From assembly GCA_045837725.1 (NCBI GenBank), contig JBEWZL010000233.1, positions 1 through 64,000 of the forward strand: a stretch of DNA of 64,000 nt, read 5' to 3'. Within the stretch, counting starts at the first letter, position 1. Each line of letters begins with the position of its first letter. The notes beneath the pieces were generated by a model. That model saw nothing but the letters and a program-made list of their open reading frames with translations. It was not told the origin of the DNA and ran no database searches. Position numbers and translations under genes: made by a program. Positions 1-13,800 of this stretch are shown here, one piece after another. This DNA is from Vermamoeba vermiformis. Lineage: Eukaryota.

Positions 1-1171
1 TAGCTCGTGTATTAATTTAACGTACAATTGCAGGATTATCGAACACTCGGAATAGGAACCAAGCACTCGTGGCGAATGTATTCAAAACAGCGGCAAATAA
101 AACGAAGATAACACGAGAAGTCAACATTTCATAATCGATCTCGCCTAATGATAACAAAACTGGTAAGATCGTAGCATCATAATAACCCTATATTCTGACC
201 TGAATCAGCAGTCGTTTCCTTGGCCAAGTAATCGAAGAATTCAACATCGCTTGTGGGACTTTGATGCTGTTTGCGGTACTCGACGAGATACTTGACCAGA
301 TTAACTGATTTTTGCCAATGATGCTCGAGTTCTTTGCGACCACTTGGAGTCCAGTTGTGCAATATACTAGGAATATTCTTGATTCGCTCTTCCAAATCAA
401 GAGTTTTAATTGACTCGATGAAACTGGCAACTTTTTCGTCTTCGAAATCGCCCATAAATGCTCTAAATATAGCATCAGTGCCGAAATATTAGAGAAGAAC
501 CTTGATATAAGAAAAACCCCAATTACCTGATGATCAAACGAATGTTTAGGGAGTACATCTCGACAAACAGATCGACTTTTTGAACATCGTTATTCCAAAA
601 ACGTCTCATATAGTCAATATGGCCTGCACGAGTAACTGCAGCGAAATGGTTGTATCGTTCTTTGTTGAAAGCTTTCTCCAGCAATGGAACAAGTTGATTT
701 TCACGAAGAAGTGCTTTGTGGTGGCTTGGTCCACATCCTAATTGATTGAACAACTAGAACTATTAGATTATTGATTATTGTATGCTATTGAATTGCTGTT
801 AAAGCAGTTCAACACAATTTCAAATTCGGATCCAAAAAGAGAAATTCTTCTTGAAGGGTAAACCTTACCCTATAGCCATACATGATGTTTGCCTCCTCGT
901 TTTTCATCATATGATACGTTTTGGATGCTGCGGGTCCGATGCCGACCACGAAGTGAGCAAAGAACGGAATTCGGAATCGTACGATCTGGCCGTGCTTAGC
1001 TTTCAATCGCTGGAAAACGGTGTCCAAATTCTCGCCAGCTTTAGGGGACAATTCTAATAAGCCAATAGCTGGCGGGAGTGGAATGTCAGACTTGATGCTG
1101 CGTTGTTTCCATTCCCACGCGATTGCCAAAGCAAAAGCAAGGCAAAATAGCAATAGAATTGAAAGAAGCAT
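1..1171 (-). CDS. Cytochrome P450 (CYP51/CYP7-clan-like), multi-exon, 3' end runs off the window
   Basis: N-terminal TM anchor, Pro-rich hinge (IPLPP), KHGQIVRFRIP..VVGIGP segment. Exons at ~870-1171, 527-755, 200-490 and 26-145; the last gives an I-helix IFVLFAAVLNTFATSAWFL. Confidence 0.8.
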
Positions 1172-1294
1172 CTGTGTTGCAAAGGTCGATGATGGTAAAT
1201 CAATTCAAAAAAGTCTGACGAGTTCGTAAATTTGAATTTGATCCTAAAATTAGTCTTGCCAAATAGAACATACAACGGATCTTCAACTCAGTTC

Positions 1295-2143
1295 ATGGAC
1301 TTTAATATCGACTTGGGGGATGGAATAACGATTTCGCTACTTGATATGTCGCACGCAGAGCAGCTTTGTAAGGCTATCAATGAGAATCTTGCTTACTTGT
1401 CCAAAGTACGCGCAATGAACCAAATGATATTCCATAATTTGATCAATTACATATATTATCGGTAATATACGTTTATGATTGAAATTAACGGCTGCAGAAA
1501 TTTTAAATATTTTTTTACTAATTTTCTGCAGTGGATTCCGTTGCCCAATCCTTACACTGTCTCGGACGCCGCTGCTTTTATTAAGAATTCCCTTGGTCTT
1601 CTCTATAATACAAACGGATTTCATGTTGCGATTTGGCAAAGTGGCGAGTTGATCGGTAGTGCTGGGTATGCGTTGTTATTTGCTGTTGAATATAACGCTA
1701 ATTAATTTAAATTTTCAAGATTCCATTCTTTTGATAGACACAATTTTAAAACGGATATGGGCTATTGGATCAGTGAAAAGCATCAAGGTACGAAAGAAGC
1801 ATTCCTAAAGTTAGTTCAATAATCCTAAAAAACATTAATAGGCAAAGGAATAATTACAAAGGTCGTAAAGAAGTTACTTGAGATCGCTTTTGTCAAGTAT
1901 AGAATGAACAGAGTTGAGATCCAAGCTGCTACCCAGAATTTCAAGGTTCGTTTATTACTTCATTGTCCAGCGTTAATATTTAATTGTATTATTTTGTAGA
2001 GCCAGGCTATACCTAAAAGATTAGGCTTCAAGCAAGACGGAGTTTTGAGAAGTTACTCGGTGATCCAAGGAAACTTTCTCGACATGGTAGTATTCAGCTT
2101 ACTTCGGGCAGAATGGGAAGAAGAAAATTTAAAGAAGGTGTAA
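1295..2143 (+). CDS. GNAT N-acetyltransferase, RimJ/RimL (YdaF-like) family, 5 exons
   Basis: Spliced product MDFNIDLG..ENLAYLSK|WIPLP..ELIGSAG|..DMGYWISEKHQG|KGIITK..MNRVEIQAATQNFK|SQAIPKRLGFKQDGVLR..DMVVFSLLRAEW. Shows the GYW..QGKG and N..S..IPKRLGF motifs. Confidence 0.85.
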
Positions 2144-2226
2144 TAGTAATTTTGTAAAGATAGAATTGAAAGAGAATCGTGATCTGGTCATTTTTCTATC
2201 ATTTTACATAAGCGAACACTGTTGCA

Positions 2227-4324
2227 ATGAGTGCCCAAGAACAAAATGATAAATCGCAGATTTATAAGGAAATACGATGCATGCCCGAGTTTTCGGTTAT
2301 AATCAGCTTTTTGGAGGCATTTGGAGAACGCATCGGGATTCGAAATGTTACGGCCGAGGTATGATTTGCAAATTTTGGCCCTAAATCTATTTTAAAAAAT
2401 ATTAAGTAATATGGAAGTGACAATACTAGAATAATAGCTTTAAGATATAACGAGACACAAAATTAAAAATATTTTTTATTTTGCAGGATCTAGAAAATGC
2501 CCTCATCAACTCTGAAAACAGTACTTTGGTATACACTGTGCACAAAAGTCTTCTTAAAGAGCTAGGCAAAAAGATTGGGTACGTAAATTCTCTTTCTGGC
2601 AGGGGATCTGACTTTATTGTAGACCGGATAACTGGCAACGCTACGTACGACGAGAATTTATTCGAAGAAAAGAACTAAACGATGTCCTTGGCGAGTATCC
2701 ATTCACCGATGACGAACAAGTGATTGCGGAAGATCTTGCGAATCAGCCGCTATTCAAGAAACGAAAGCTGGATCACATCCCGTCTGAAGACACAGAAAAT
2801 CCAGCCAGCACGAAGAACAATAATAATGATGTCAAAAAAGAGAAGAAAGAGAAAAAACGGGGGTCGGATGTTAAAGAAGAAGCGAAAGATGAGAAAGCGG
2901 ATCTTGTCGAAACAACAAACAACGAGCGAAAATCAGACAATAACACTGAACTTAACAAAGAAGCTGAAAACAGTGACAGTGATAAAAAGGAAGAAAAAGT
3001 AAACACAGAAAAGAAAGAATCAACGAGCAAAAACGGATCTGGAAGTGAAGTAAAGAACGAGGATCAGATGGAAGATAACGACGACAGTGAAGACCAAGAA
3101 TTCAACGCAGATGTATCTCCCGAGGAGATGCAAAAATTGCAAAATGAAGATGATGAAGAAATGGACGCTGAAGATAAATACGTTGATGACGAAGAAGAAC
3201 TGAACGCACGCAGATCTTCGCGCTTGAGCAAGAAGTTTTTGCCTGCAGAAGAAGAGGACTTTGACCTCGTTAGAAGATCTAGTCGATTGAGCAAACGTAA
3301 ACGAGAAGACGATGAAGAGAAAGAGAACGGCAATAACGAGGACGGATCCGATGACAACTCCGGTGACGAAGGCAGCGAACAAGAGCCAACTGCAGCAAAG
3401 AAAATGATCAATACATACTATCACCCGCTGCCTCCAAAATCAAAGGTACGTCCACACATTGTTCTCTCGTGTCACGTTGAACTCAAACTGTGTTCTAGGT
3501 CATCATACTGCGTAATTTGTGCGAGTGGATATTAGACAGACCTACAGATAGAGTGCAAAAAGAAGCAAAAACTCTCCAAGATACGGACATGCAGCGATTG
3601 GTACGATCTTTATATAGATATATTTAAACTTGCCGCAGAAACTTTCGTCTGACCCCTTTTCAGCGACCAGATCCGATTTACATTGACCACAAGAAGGGTG
3701 ACAATTATTGGTTCTTCGGTAAGGCGTAGGTTTCATATACGAGTGGCACTTAATATTTGTTATAAGGCAAAGTAAGCGAGGAAAGGATATTCAAAGAGCA
3801 CGTGGAAGAACACGAATACAAGTTCAAAAACTCGGCTGAGCTGTTAAAGAAAGACGGTGAATCAGCCACTATAGAATGGAATACTGTAAGTTCGTTAATT
3901 ATGTCTTGCAAGATCAGGATCTGATTAATCGCCCATAGTTAACGACGTCGCTAAGCGAGGTTCAAGAATTTTTCAAGTCATTAGAGAACGATAGTAAAAC
4001 GAAAGAATTGCGAGAGTTCATTAACGAAGAAATTCTCCCGCCATTAATTACGAAACAACGCGTAAGAGCTGATCTGCAGTACAAAATCGCATCTAATGCT
4101 TTGTTATACAGAAAAAAGATCAAGCAGCTCGTCGTGCGGCATCAATGGATACGCTAGGTCTCAATAGAGGCAATATTTTACGAGAGACTCGTACGCGAAG
4201 GCGAGCAGCGATGGATTCGAAATGTATATACGACATTGACACTGTTCTGGACGTAAGTAGTAGTACCAATCTATTTAAACACCAATGCTTATGATCCTAT
4301 TAATAGTGGGACAATTTGAAGTAA
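2227..4324 (+). CDS. DDT/WHIM-domain chromatin-remodelling accessory protein (RSF1/CECR2-like) with long acidic/basic insert
   Basis: N-terminal IRCMPEFSVIISFLEAFG..DLENAL..VHKSLLK (DDT-like). YHPLPPKSK|VIILRNLCEWIL is WHIM1-like; a later YWFF and WNT..SLSEVQEFF are WSD-like. The 3' end is approximate. Confidence 0.65.
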
Positions 4325-4620
4325 AGCCTGTTGGATCAATAAAGATCAGATTTAAAACCGATCAAGGTAAATTGGTCCTCGCTTTTGCTTTAGCTCGTAC
4401 TTTTCATTGTTACGATACTGTTGCAATGCCTTAAAAAGAGACGAAGAATCGACCCACGTGGATCGATATCGTAAAATCCATTTTACGGGGTACGAGGTCG
4501 CGCGAGGACATTTGCCGTAACGAGTCTAACTCACCCTGATTTGGTAGCACAGCCAGTTCTTAACTTACAATTTGTGAGCTTGCGATTTTTTCAAATTGAA
4601 AGAACAAGGACACAATAACG

Positions 4621-7600
4621 ATGAGTTCGACCTCTTCAAGTTCCTCATCTGTTTCCAGATCGAGATCTAGCTCGAGTTCGAGCAGTTCAAGCAGTACTAC
4701 TAGCAGCAGTAGCAATAATAGACGTGGCAGCTTTTCGGAAAGCCCCTCATCTTCTGTTCCAAAGGTCGAAACACCAGAACAGTCGAGTGAGCCCCTTGAA
4801 GCTGAGAATGGAGGTAAAAATTGATTGAAATAATATTCTTATAATTATTGCAAGCTTTAGCAATCAAAATTAAGAGCGCTGTAATTTTCTATTTATGATC
4901 CTTTATAAATTGCAAAACGCAGCTTGGTTTGCATTGTCACCCGAGTTTGAGCGAGTATTAATATTCTTATTTTAAATAGTTGAAATGGTGGTGAAGGAGC
5001 ACATAAACAGCAACGGAACAAGCTCAAACAGTCGATCCAGATCTTCCTCCTCGTCGTCTCCAACCTCTTCCTCGTCCTCCACTTCACCCAGAAGCAATAG
5101 CAATTCAAATGAAAATAATGACGAGACAGCAACGAGCACCGATGAAGATCCGGAAGAGTTCCATCGAGCTTACATTGAAAAACTCCGATCCGATTTTTTG
5201 GCCAATAATTCAGAAAACAAAGCATTATTTGTTCCTCGTAAGTTTAATTGCCATTTTATGCACAAGACCAGTTTTTAATCCCTTTCGTGTAGCCGAGGAG
5301 CAAGTCGAATTAAGGTGGGAAAACATAAATCAATCCGTGAATATCAAAGAAAAAGTCAAAGGCAAGAAGTGTGCTCGCAAGAAGACTATCAAGAAGACGA
5401 TTCTCAACAACGTATCCGGCGTCGCTGAGCCAGGCAAACTGATCTGCATCATCGGTCCTTCTGGTGCCGGTAAGACCTCCTTATTGAACGTATTGGCGGG
5501 AAGAATCAAGAAGAAAGTTGACGGCAACATCCTCGTTAATGACAAGAAGATGCATTCGAGGTGAGTTTCCAAAGCCACGTGACTTAACCACGATATTTCT
5601 AACCGTGGCGTCTTGCAGAGAATTCAACCGCATGACTGGCTTCGTGTCACAAGAAGACGTGTTGATGGGCTCCATGACCACGTACGAAGCATTGAAGTTC
5701 ACTGCCGCTATGAAATTGCCTTCAAGCATGACAAGTGCGGAGAAAGAAGAGCGCGTCATGCAGTTGTTGGACAGCATGGGCTTGACTCGTGTAAAAGACA
5801 ACTTTATGGGATTTACCGGTGCTGCCGCTCGTAACTCTGGCATCAAGCGAGGCTTGAGCGGTGGAGAACGTAAACGTGCTTCTATTGCCATTGAATTGAT
5901 CACTTATCCAAGTGCGTACCACATCCACTAAGATCCGGATCAGATCTAACTTTCATTTAGAACTTTTGTTCTTGGATGAACCTACTTCTGGTTTGGATTC
6001 ATACGCTGCTAAAGCAGTTATGAGAAGTTTAAGAAATTTGGCATTTATGGGCCACACTGTCGTAGCGACAGTACATCAACCGAGCGCGGACATTTTCAAG
6101 ATGTTTGACACCCTCAGTAAGTTACCTCGGCTTGACTGGTAATATGAACGTTCTAACACCGCCTTTGTAGTTGTAATGGCTGAAGGAGCAGTCGTGTATA
6201 ACGGTCCTGCTTGGAAGGCCACGTCGTACTTTACCACACTAGGCTATCCTTGCCCACGCTTCAAAAACCCTGCCGATCACTTCAGTACGTAGCTATACCG
6301 CATATAATATCATAGGTGACTAGCTAATACTATTGCGTTCGTTCAGTGAAAGTTTTGTTCGTTCCTGAAAAGACAGACAACACTGAAAAGGGTGACGAAG
6401 AAAATTTGAAGCAAGCGACTTTGAAGACTGCTACACCCGAGCAAGTGAAGACTTTAATCACTTCTTGGCAACAAAATCAATCGAAATACGTGCCACTCGA
6501 ACGCGAGTCACCACGAACTGACACATCCGAAGAAGCAAAGAAAAAGGTACGAAAAATATTATTTCCTTTTTAGGCAAGTTCACGTACTGACTTTTATTTT
6601 CAATAATTAGCCGGCTAAATACAACGTCAATATATTTAAACAATTTGGACTGCTATTCCAACGGTCTTGGAACAACGCAGTACGCGAGCCTGCTTTGACG
6701 AGAGCACGTGCAGCTCAAAGTATAGGCATTGGTCTAATAGTAAGTAGATACCGAGTGCCATCAAACTTATATTAACATTCTCTTATTTAGGCCGGTCTAT
6801 TATGGCTGCAATTGCCGTACAATCAGCTCTCGATCCGCAACAGAGTCGCAGCGCTGTTCTTTATAGTCATTACCGGTGCTTTTGGAGGCATCAACGGTCC
6901 TACTTATTTATTCCCTAATGAACGAGGTGTCTTCGTGCGCGAAAAGAAAACTAAGACGTACTCTACTGGTGCTTACTTCCTCGGCAAAGTGTTTGCAGAT
7001 CTGCCGCTGAACATCATTTTACCTTTTGTCTCTGTGACGATATGCTACGTAAGTGACTCATTCCTTTAATATGACATTATTCCTATATAACCATTCGTTT
7101 ACTAATTGGGGTTTATAGTGGCTAGTAGGGTTGAATCCGGATCCAGTGCCGTGGATTATTGTTTGCTGCGTATTAATATTGATGACGAATGTGGCGTATT
7201 CATTAGCATTATTATTGTCCTGCGCAATCCCAGACCCTTCATTGGTAGTCAAGATCCAGCCGTTGATTTTGGTGCGTACCATTCACTTGGCCAATATATT
7301 TCCGCCTATCACGTGCTAACCCATATTTGTACATAGTTGCCTTTTATGATCTTCTCCGGCTTCTTCGTGAATAAGGACAGTATTCCAGTGTACTTCATTT
7401 GGTTCGAGTACATTTCATTCGTCAAGTACGCCTTCCGCGCAGCATTTGTCGCGGTGTTCCAAGATTTGACATTCACGTGCGACAATGACGAATATGTCTA
7501 CTTGCCTGATGGTACGCAAGTGTGCCCGACTACGACTGGTCAACAAGTGATCGATCAGTTCGCTTTGGGTGACAGTCAGATCTGGATCGATTGTGTCATT

Positions 7601-7666
7601 TTGATTGGCATGATTATTGTATATCAATTCGCTGCTTATATTGCGCTTAAATTTACTAAGCGTTAA
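4621..7666 (+). CDS. ABCG (white-family) half-size ABC transporter with Ser-rich N-terminus
   Basis: Walker A GPSGAGKT, signature [24 protein letters not shown], then a C-terminal TMD ([27 protein letters not shown]). Confidence 0.95.
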
Positions 7667-7716
7667 GCACATTTTGTAGAATAAAGCTTCACCTTAAATA
7701 TGAATTGTGGAAATGC

Positions 7717-8606
7717 TCAAACTTTATTGAATTGTACAGGGGTGCAACATAATATGATGTCATAGAAGCCGATTCTTTGTTGTGGTGCGAGGTAGTTCCC
7801 ACCATCAAATAGTTTGACAAAAAGCTGGTCTTTTCCGTTGGAGAGGACAACAACGAAGTCATTTTTGATACCCTGTCCGTAGGAACTTTCGCCTAAAACA
7901 TGCCTGAAACCATTTTTAATCAGCATTTTGTCACCATAACATATGGTGAATGGAATCCAAGCTGAAGAAGCGCCGGAAGCACTGAATTCGTAGCGATACT
8001 GCACAAGCCATTCCCCCTCTGGTAGAACAACGTGGCACACATCAACTCGCTTCGGTGGTTCCTTCCCACCTTGCCATTCACGCCCTGCTCTTCGGACTTC
8101 TCGTGGCGAACAATTATTGGTGTTCGCGAAGAAGGGACCTGAGGCGCCTTCTCTAACGCCATAGACGCAATGTTGCTAGTTTCCTCTAATCTCTTGTTCA
8201 ATGATTCGATTTGCTTATCTTTCTCTTCCAACAGTTTGCGGAGCACCCAAATGTCATCAACATCTTGCAAGTCGAAAGGGATAGATATTTCTCTGCTTCC
8301 AAATTTTTCCTGTATCTTGATGGTAATGAGAATATCTTGCTTGACTGGCGTTAGGTGAGCTGACAGATCGGGTTCGTTTTTGAATTGCGAATTAATTAAA
8401 ATTATTTCTACAATTTGTTTTAATTGAGCAAATGAATATACTCCGCTTGTTAATTCTTTTGCCGTCTCTTGATTAATTTTCAACTACTTCCACTTCTTTT
8501 TGTCTTTGGATACGGCTTCGAGTTCAAAACAGGGAGCATCTTTGGCGTTGTTGTTATCTACAAGAATAAATTCGATGTCATTAATATCAATACTTGGTTG
8601 TGCCAT
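7717..8606 (-). pseudogene. Disrupted coiled-coil hypothetical protein gene
   Basis: ATG at 8606 reads MAQPSIDIND..KKKWK, then an in-frame TAG (8486-8484), and continues as ORF 7920-8483. A frame change near 8050-8100 is needed to reach the C-terminal ORF 7717-8040. Confidence 0.5.
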
Positions 8607-8876
8607 TGTGGGTTTATTTGAATGGAACGTATTTGAATGGCGCTAATGGCATAAATTCTCTTTTGTGATCTGACACTCGAGAATTCATCCGACGGTCAGC
8701 TCGCAACTTTAATGCCTTAAAAATTTTATCACTACGTGCTTTATGGTTCGTTACGCTACGTCCCCGCGGACAGAATTTAAATTTCTCGGGTAAAAAGCGC
8801 CCTCCAAAAAGAGAAAACGTAAAGTCGTTTTTAAGCATCATTTTACTACATCAATTTACGAAGCAACCACATTAAA

Positions 8877-10625
8877 ATGTTAGATAGGTTGCGTGACTTA
8901 CATAAACATGCCCAGGTTAGTCAATTAACTAAAATTTTCGTTTGGCGCGTGGCGGATGGAGCGCTAAGTAATTTCCGTTTATTAGGGCAACCCTGACTTT
9001 GAAGAGCGAGATGATAGCGATAAGGACGAAGAGATGGGCATCGCGGATAATAACGAATTTATGGCCGAGTTCTTTCAAGAGGTCGCTAACGTCCGCATCT
9101 CGCTCAGAAAAATTGAAAATAACAACGATGTATTAAGAGAAAAATATACAGAACAATTACAGAAAATTAATCCAGCCGATAAAAAGAGTAAGTTGTGGAT
9201 AATTTAATTTCAAATAATTTTTGTACCGATCCGGAAATTAATTCGCTAACCATTGACGACGCCTTTATAAGCTTCATAGGATACAATTCAGTATACTAAT
9301 ATGCATTACAGAGCTTAGCGCGGAAGCGGATAAAATTGTAATGGAAATTAATCAGATCGGCAAGGAGATTAAAGACAAACTAGAATTAATGCTTAAAGTC
9401 GATACTACAGGTATTTAACACCCATATATTATTATTTTCGTAGTTAACACTCGAAATTAGCCTCGGTCAAGAAGTTGCAGGAGCAATCCGCAGAAGAAAG
9501 AATAAAAAAGAACACGCACGCTAGTCTCGTGCAGAAATTCGTCGAATTGATGGAAGATTATCAAGGCATTCAAGCGAGGTTTAAAGCGCAGCATCAAGAG
9601 AACGTAAAAAGACAAGTTTTAGTCGGTACGTACTGGATTCGAATATCGAGAAACTAGATCAGCTTTACAATCAATAATAACACTTCCAATATATTAGCAC
9701 GACCCGATGCTACGTTAGAAGAAATCGCTGAGGTTATCGAAAGCGGCGAAGCCGAGAGAATTTTCGCGGATTCCTCAGTAAAACGAGAACAGGCCGCTAA
9801 ACAGGCTTTAAGCTACATTAGGGTACTTACAAATATATATATGTATCATATTTAAGTCTATGTACTCATAGAACCCCTTTTTAGGACCGTCACCAAGAGA
9901 TCGTGAAGATCGAGCGCAGTTTGAATGAACTTCAACAGCTGTTCATTGACATGGCCGTGCTCGTGGCCGAACAGAGCGAAATGATCTTGTCGATTGAGAC
10001 CAATATCGACAACGCGACTGATTACATCAGAGAGGCAACGGGGCAGTTGAAAAAGGCGAACAAATTGCAGAAGAGGAGCAGAAAGGTAAATATTACATAT
10101 AACACTATGTATATATATACATATATAAGTTATTTCGATGAACATAATAGAATATAATAACGCTGTAAGCGTTGTAAGGAAAAGGGAACGAGATCGGATC
10201 CCGCTCAAAAAATCTCTGTTGCGAGACCAATATTTACAATAATATAATTTCATATGTGTCATATATATCTCATCTTAACTGTTAATAATTTCAACATGTT
10301 TTGCTGTCGGATCTGACCTTCGATTTCAATAATTTGCGTAACGAACCTTGAATACCGATTGAATTTCTATATAAAATAATACTAGCGATGACTTACGCAA
10401 AATCGGCTAATCACTTCATTCGTACTATAGTGCATGATTGTTATTGTCGTGCTCGGCTTTGTACTGCTGGGCATTGCTCTCGGCGTGGGTCTCGGCTTGG
10501 GCTTGAGGTCAGGCAGCAACAACTCGACGACGCCTGCTGGTGCTCCTGCTGGCTCGGCAGCGGTCATATTTGGCGACTTCTCTATTCTCAATAACGCGAT
10601 TGAGTGGTCTTCGTATAAGAAATAA
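8877..10625 (+). CDS. Plasma-membrane-type syntaxin (Qa-SNARE, syntaxin-1/SYP1-like), ~7 exons
   Basis: MLDRLRDL N-peptide, FMAEFFQEV Habc start, SNARE motif RHQEIVKIERSLNELQQLFIDMAVLVAEQSEMILSIETNI, and a C-terminal TM helix. Confidence 0.92.
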
Positions 10626-10826
10626 ATTATCTATATTTGTACTTACCTGATAAATTATTGATATTGAGGCTCATTTCTCCATCATATGACCTTTATACTA
10701 TACAGTAATATTTTCTATTATTATTATTAATATAGGCATGGAATTGCACGGGTAATATGAAAAATTAGTGGATTTTATAGTACAGCCATAAATTAGTTAT
10801 TGGTTAATATTTTCAAGTTATTATTA

Positions 10827-13800
10827 TTAAAACGCCGTGTAATCGAACAACGCAAACGTGCCATTCCTGAAACAATAGTTAGTTATGTAGTACACGTTGG
10901 ATCCGCCATTGAATACTTACGAATCAGTAACGCCCATCAAACTGAGTTCACGAATCAATTCTCCGCTCGTCTTGTAAAATCCAGGTTGTTTCTGTTTGTA
11001 CTGGCCTAAGTTGAAATTTCCTGCTAAATGGAACGAATTGCCTTCGTAGGTCCACATCGTCAGTCTGTGATTAAATGCCATTAGTATAACACGATAACAA
11101 AATAGCATTATATGACTTACTCTGGAATGCCAAAATTGAAGAATGTCTTTGTTTTGTAATCGAATTTAATTTCGCCAATGGCTTTCTGGATCGGATCTTG
11201 GAACATTGAGGCTCTGTTAAACCAAAAATTAGCAATCAGTAGCATACCTTGTGCTATATTCTTACGTTCGCAAGTATCTCAAGTCCAACACTAGTGTCTT
11301 GCCATCACCGAACCCCAACAAGACATTTTTGTCGTTGAGGTATGCGTGACTGTATAATTCCTTCACAATATGACATTAATATCGAACTAAATATGGCCCA
11401 TGATACCAGACTCACCTTCTTTTGCACGTCCGATACAATAGCTGCGCGTCGTTTATCGGTTCGAATGTCAAACACGTGGAAAGTACCGCCGTCAGTGGTG
11501 CAGTTAGCCAAATATTGATCTAAATACGATATTAATGCCTCATTATAGTCATTTGGCCCATTACTGCAACGTACCGTTAGGGTGCCACGAGACAGATCCA
11601 ACGACATCGGTGCATTGATAAAGACTGTTCTCACTACGTCGTTCATTCTTTTGAATGTCCTCTGCAAGACGAATAATGTCCGTCACGAACACCTTGCCGT
11701 CGAAACCTGAGTGAGAACAGTGAGCATGTGACGCGACAAAAATAGCGCAAAGTGACACGTGTCAACGAGTGCACGACAAAATGTTCACTAAAATCCAAAA
11801 ATAGTTCAAGTCACAATTAAATAGGACACGATTATGCTAATAGGGGACAATATGTCCTAAAGATGCCAGCGATAATGATATTCATTTCTAAATATGACGA
11901 TTTTTTTTTGGTATTTTAGACTTACCGCCCGAAACGACCAATCTGTTTTCTTTGCTGCTAATTGCAATTTCTCGAATAATATCGGTATGAAATTCGGGGA
12001 AATTAACTGTAATATAATCGTATAAGATTAATATGATCACGAGATTATTGAAATTTTTCAAAAAGATAAAACGTACTAAAATCTTCGACGAAATCTCCGC
12101 CGGGACTCAATCGAATGAGGCCCATTTTAGCACCAGCGGCATATAATGCGTGTTGTTGATCGAACCACTGAATGTCGCGCACGTGCTGAGAAATTATTGC
12201 AATCATTAGAACAAGAGAAAAAAGAATTAAACAAATCGTGGCAAAGGCGAGGAACAATTCTAACAGACTAATTACGCTTAAAATTATGCCTTTCCAGATT
12301 AGGAAATATGAATGAATTAATTTCTTACCTGATCTAAAGCATAACTGAACATTGTATCGATTTTCTTGCGCGGTTCTTGTTGATCGATCTATTTTGTTTA
12401 AATTAATATGATGCTAATAATGAACTAAATTCATAATTATTTTGTAGTTAAATAAGGCTTACTTGGAAGAAAATAAGACGATTCTCATTTCTTTTGAACG
12501 GATCTTGTTCTTCGGTACCAACAGCACAACGCACTTTCTTATTATCAATCACTGGTGCAAATGATGGTTTTGATAAAGCAGGAACAATGTCTATATTTAA
12601 AATTAACGTTAATGATAAAGATATGCATCGTGTGATTCAGAAAGTGTACATCTGGAAGTGCCGCATTCCGAATAAATCGGATCAATGTAATATGATATAA
12701 TATGCGTATATGTCACTAAGCAAGATTTAAATTAATTTTTGCGATGAGTCTTACTTGTATTGTTTCCTAAGGCCATTTTGAACAGATCTTCGACCTAAAT
12801 AAATCAAAAATAAGTCCTTTATTTAAATTAACACGTAAATATATTATTTAATATTACGAATTTAAAAGTGCGCCATTGCTACACTTATATAATTAAAATA
12901 CGTCAAAAAGTGTCACGTCGATCCGTGTCCACTTATCCGATCTACTTACCAATAAAGGCTTTAAGGGTGAAAAATGAGTCATATCATATTCAAAGGGTCC
13001 TTCAGGCACAGATCCGCCCGCACCTATTGAAACGATCTCTTAGTTACAGTTTTTCCGGCAGAATATCTTCGGTTAAAGTTATTGTTACAATAATCTAAGT
13101 ATTATTATTTGCAGGCTATATTAATGCTAGTGTTATTGTCCATTTTGCAAATTAATTTGCTAAAATAATTGATTTTATGGGACAGAACGATTTTATTATT
13201 TTTCAAGCGGATGTAGCTTTATAATTATCAGTAACTTCGCTGTATTTATCATTAATTTATTACCTGTACCCTCGTGAAAATCGTGATTATTATGGTGCTC
13301 ATTATGATAGTAATTCATTCCGTGTTCTGGATGTTCCATCTCTTTCAGAATAATCAATCAGCGAAAATGAATCAAATCGTCTGCAAAAATATTTCTCTAT
13401 TTGCTTGAATAGACCTCGTGTACTAGGGTCTATTGCGAAAGAGATATTGTTGCAACGTGTCAATCAATAAAGTTGACTGACAGCAGGTAAAACTCACGCA
13501 ATTTTTTTTGTTGCCAACGAATTAACAAATCTATTATTTGCAACAGCAGCATAGAATAGATATAATATACATATTATTGATTTAAGAGTATCTATTGTTA
13601 AGGTAAGAAGATTTTGTTTTTAACGATCGAATTTGTCTAAATTTTGGGTTAGATCTGGCAACAAGGCATTAATTAAATGTAATTTGGATAGAAATTATTA
13701 TATACTTACGTTCTCTCGATAATGCAATTGATGATTTTTGATTTGGTGGTCTAATTTTATCCGGATGCGCTACCGGCGGTAATATTGTTCCTTCATCATT

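Noticed and set aside
2720-5160. Acidic, Lys-rich and poly-Ser low-complexity tracts
   Set aside because: Ordinary disordered protein regions, not DNA repeats.
8484-8486. In-frame TAG as evidence of stop-codon reassignment
   Set aside because: TAG terminates clear genes here (16468, 25461, 31653, 44735), and the same locus also needs a frameshift, so a pseudogene is simpler.
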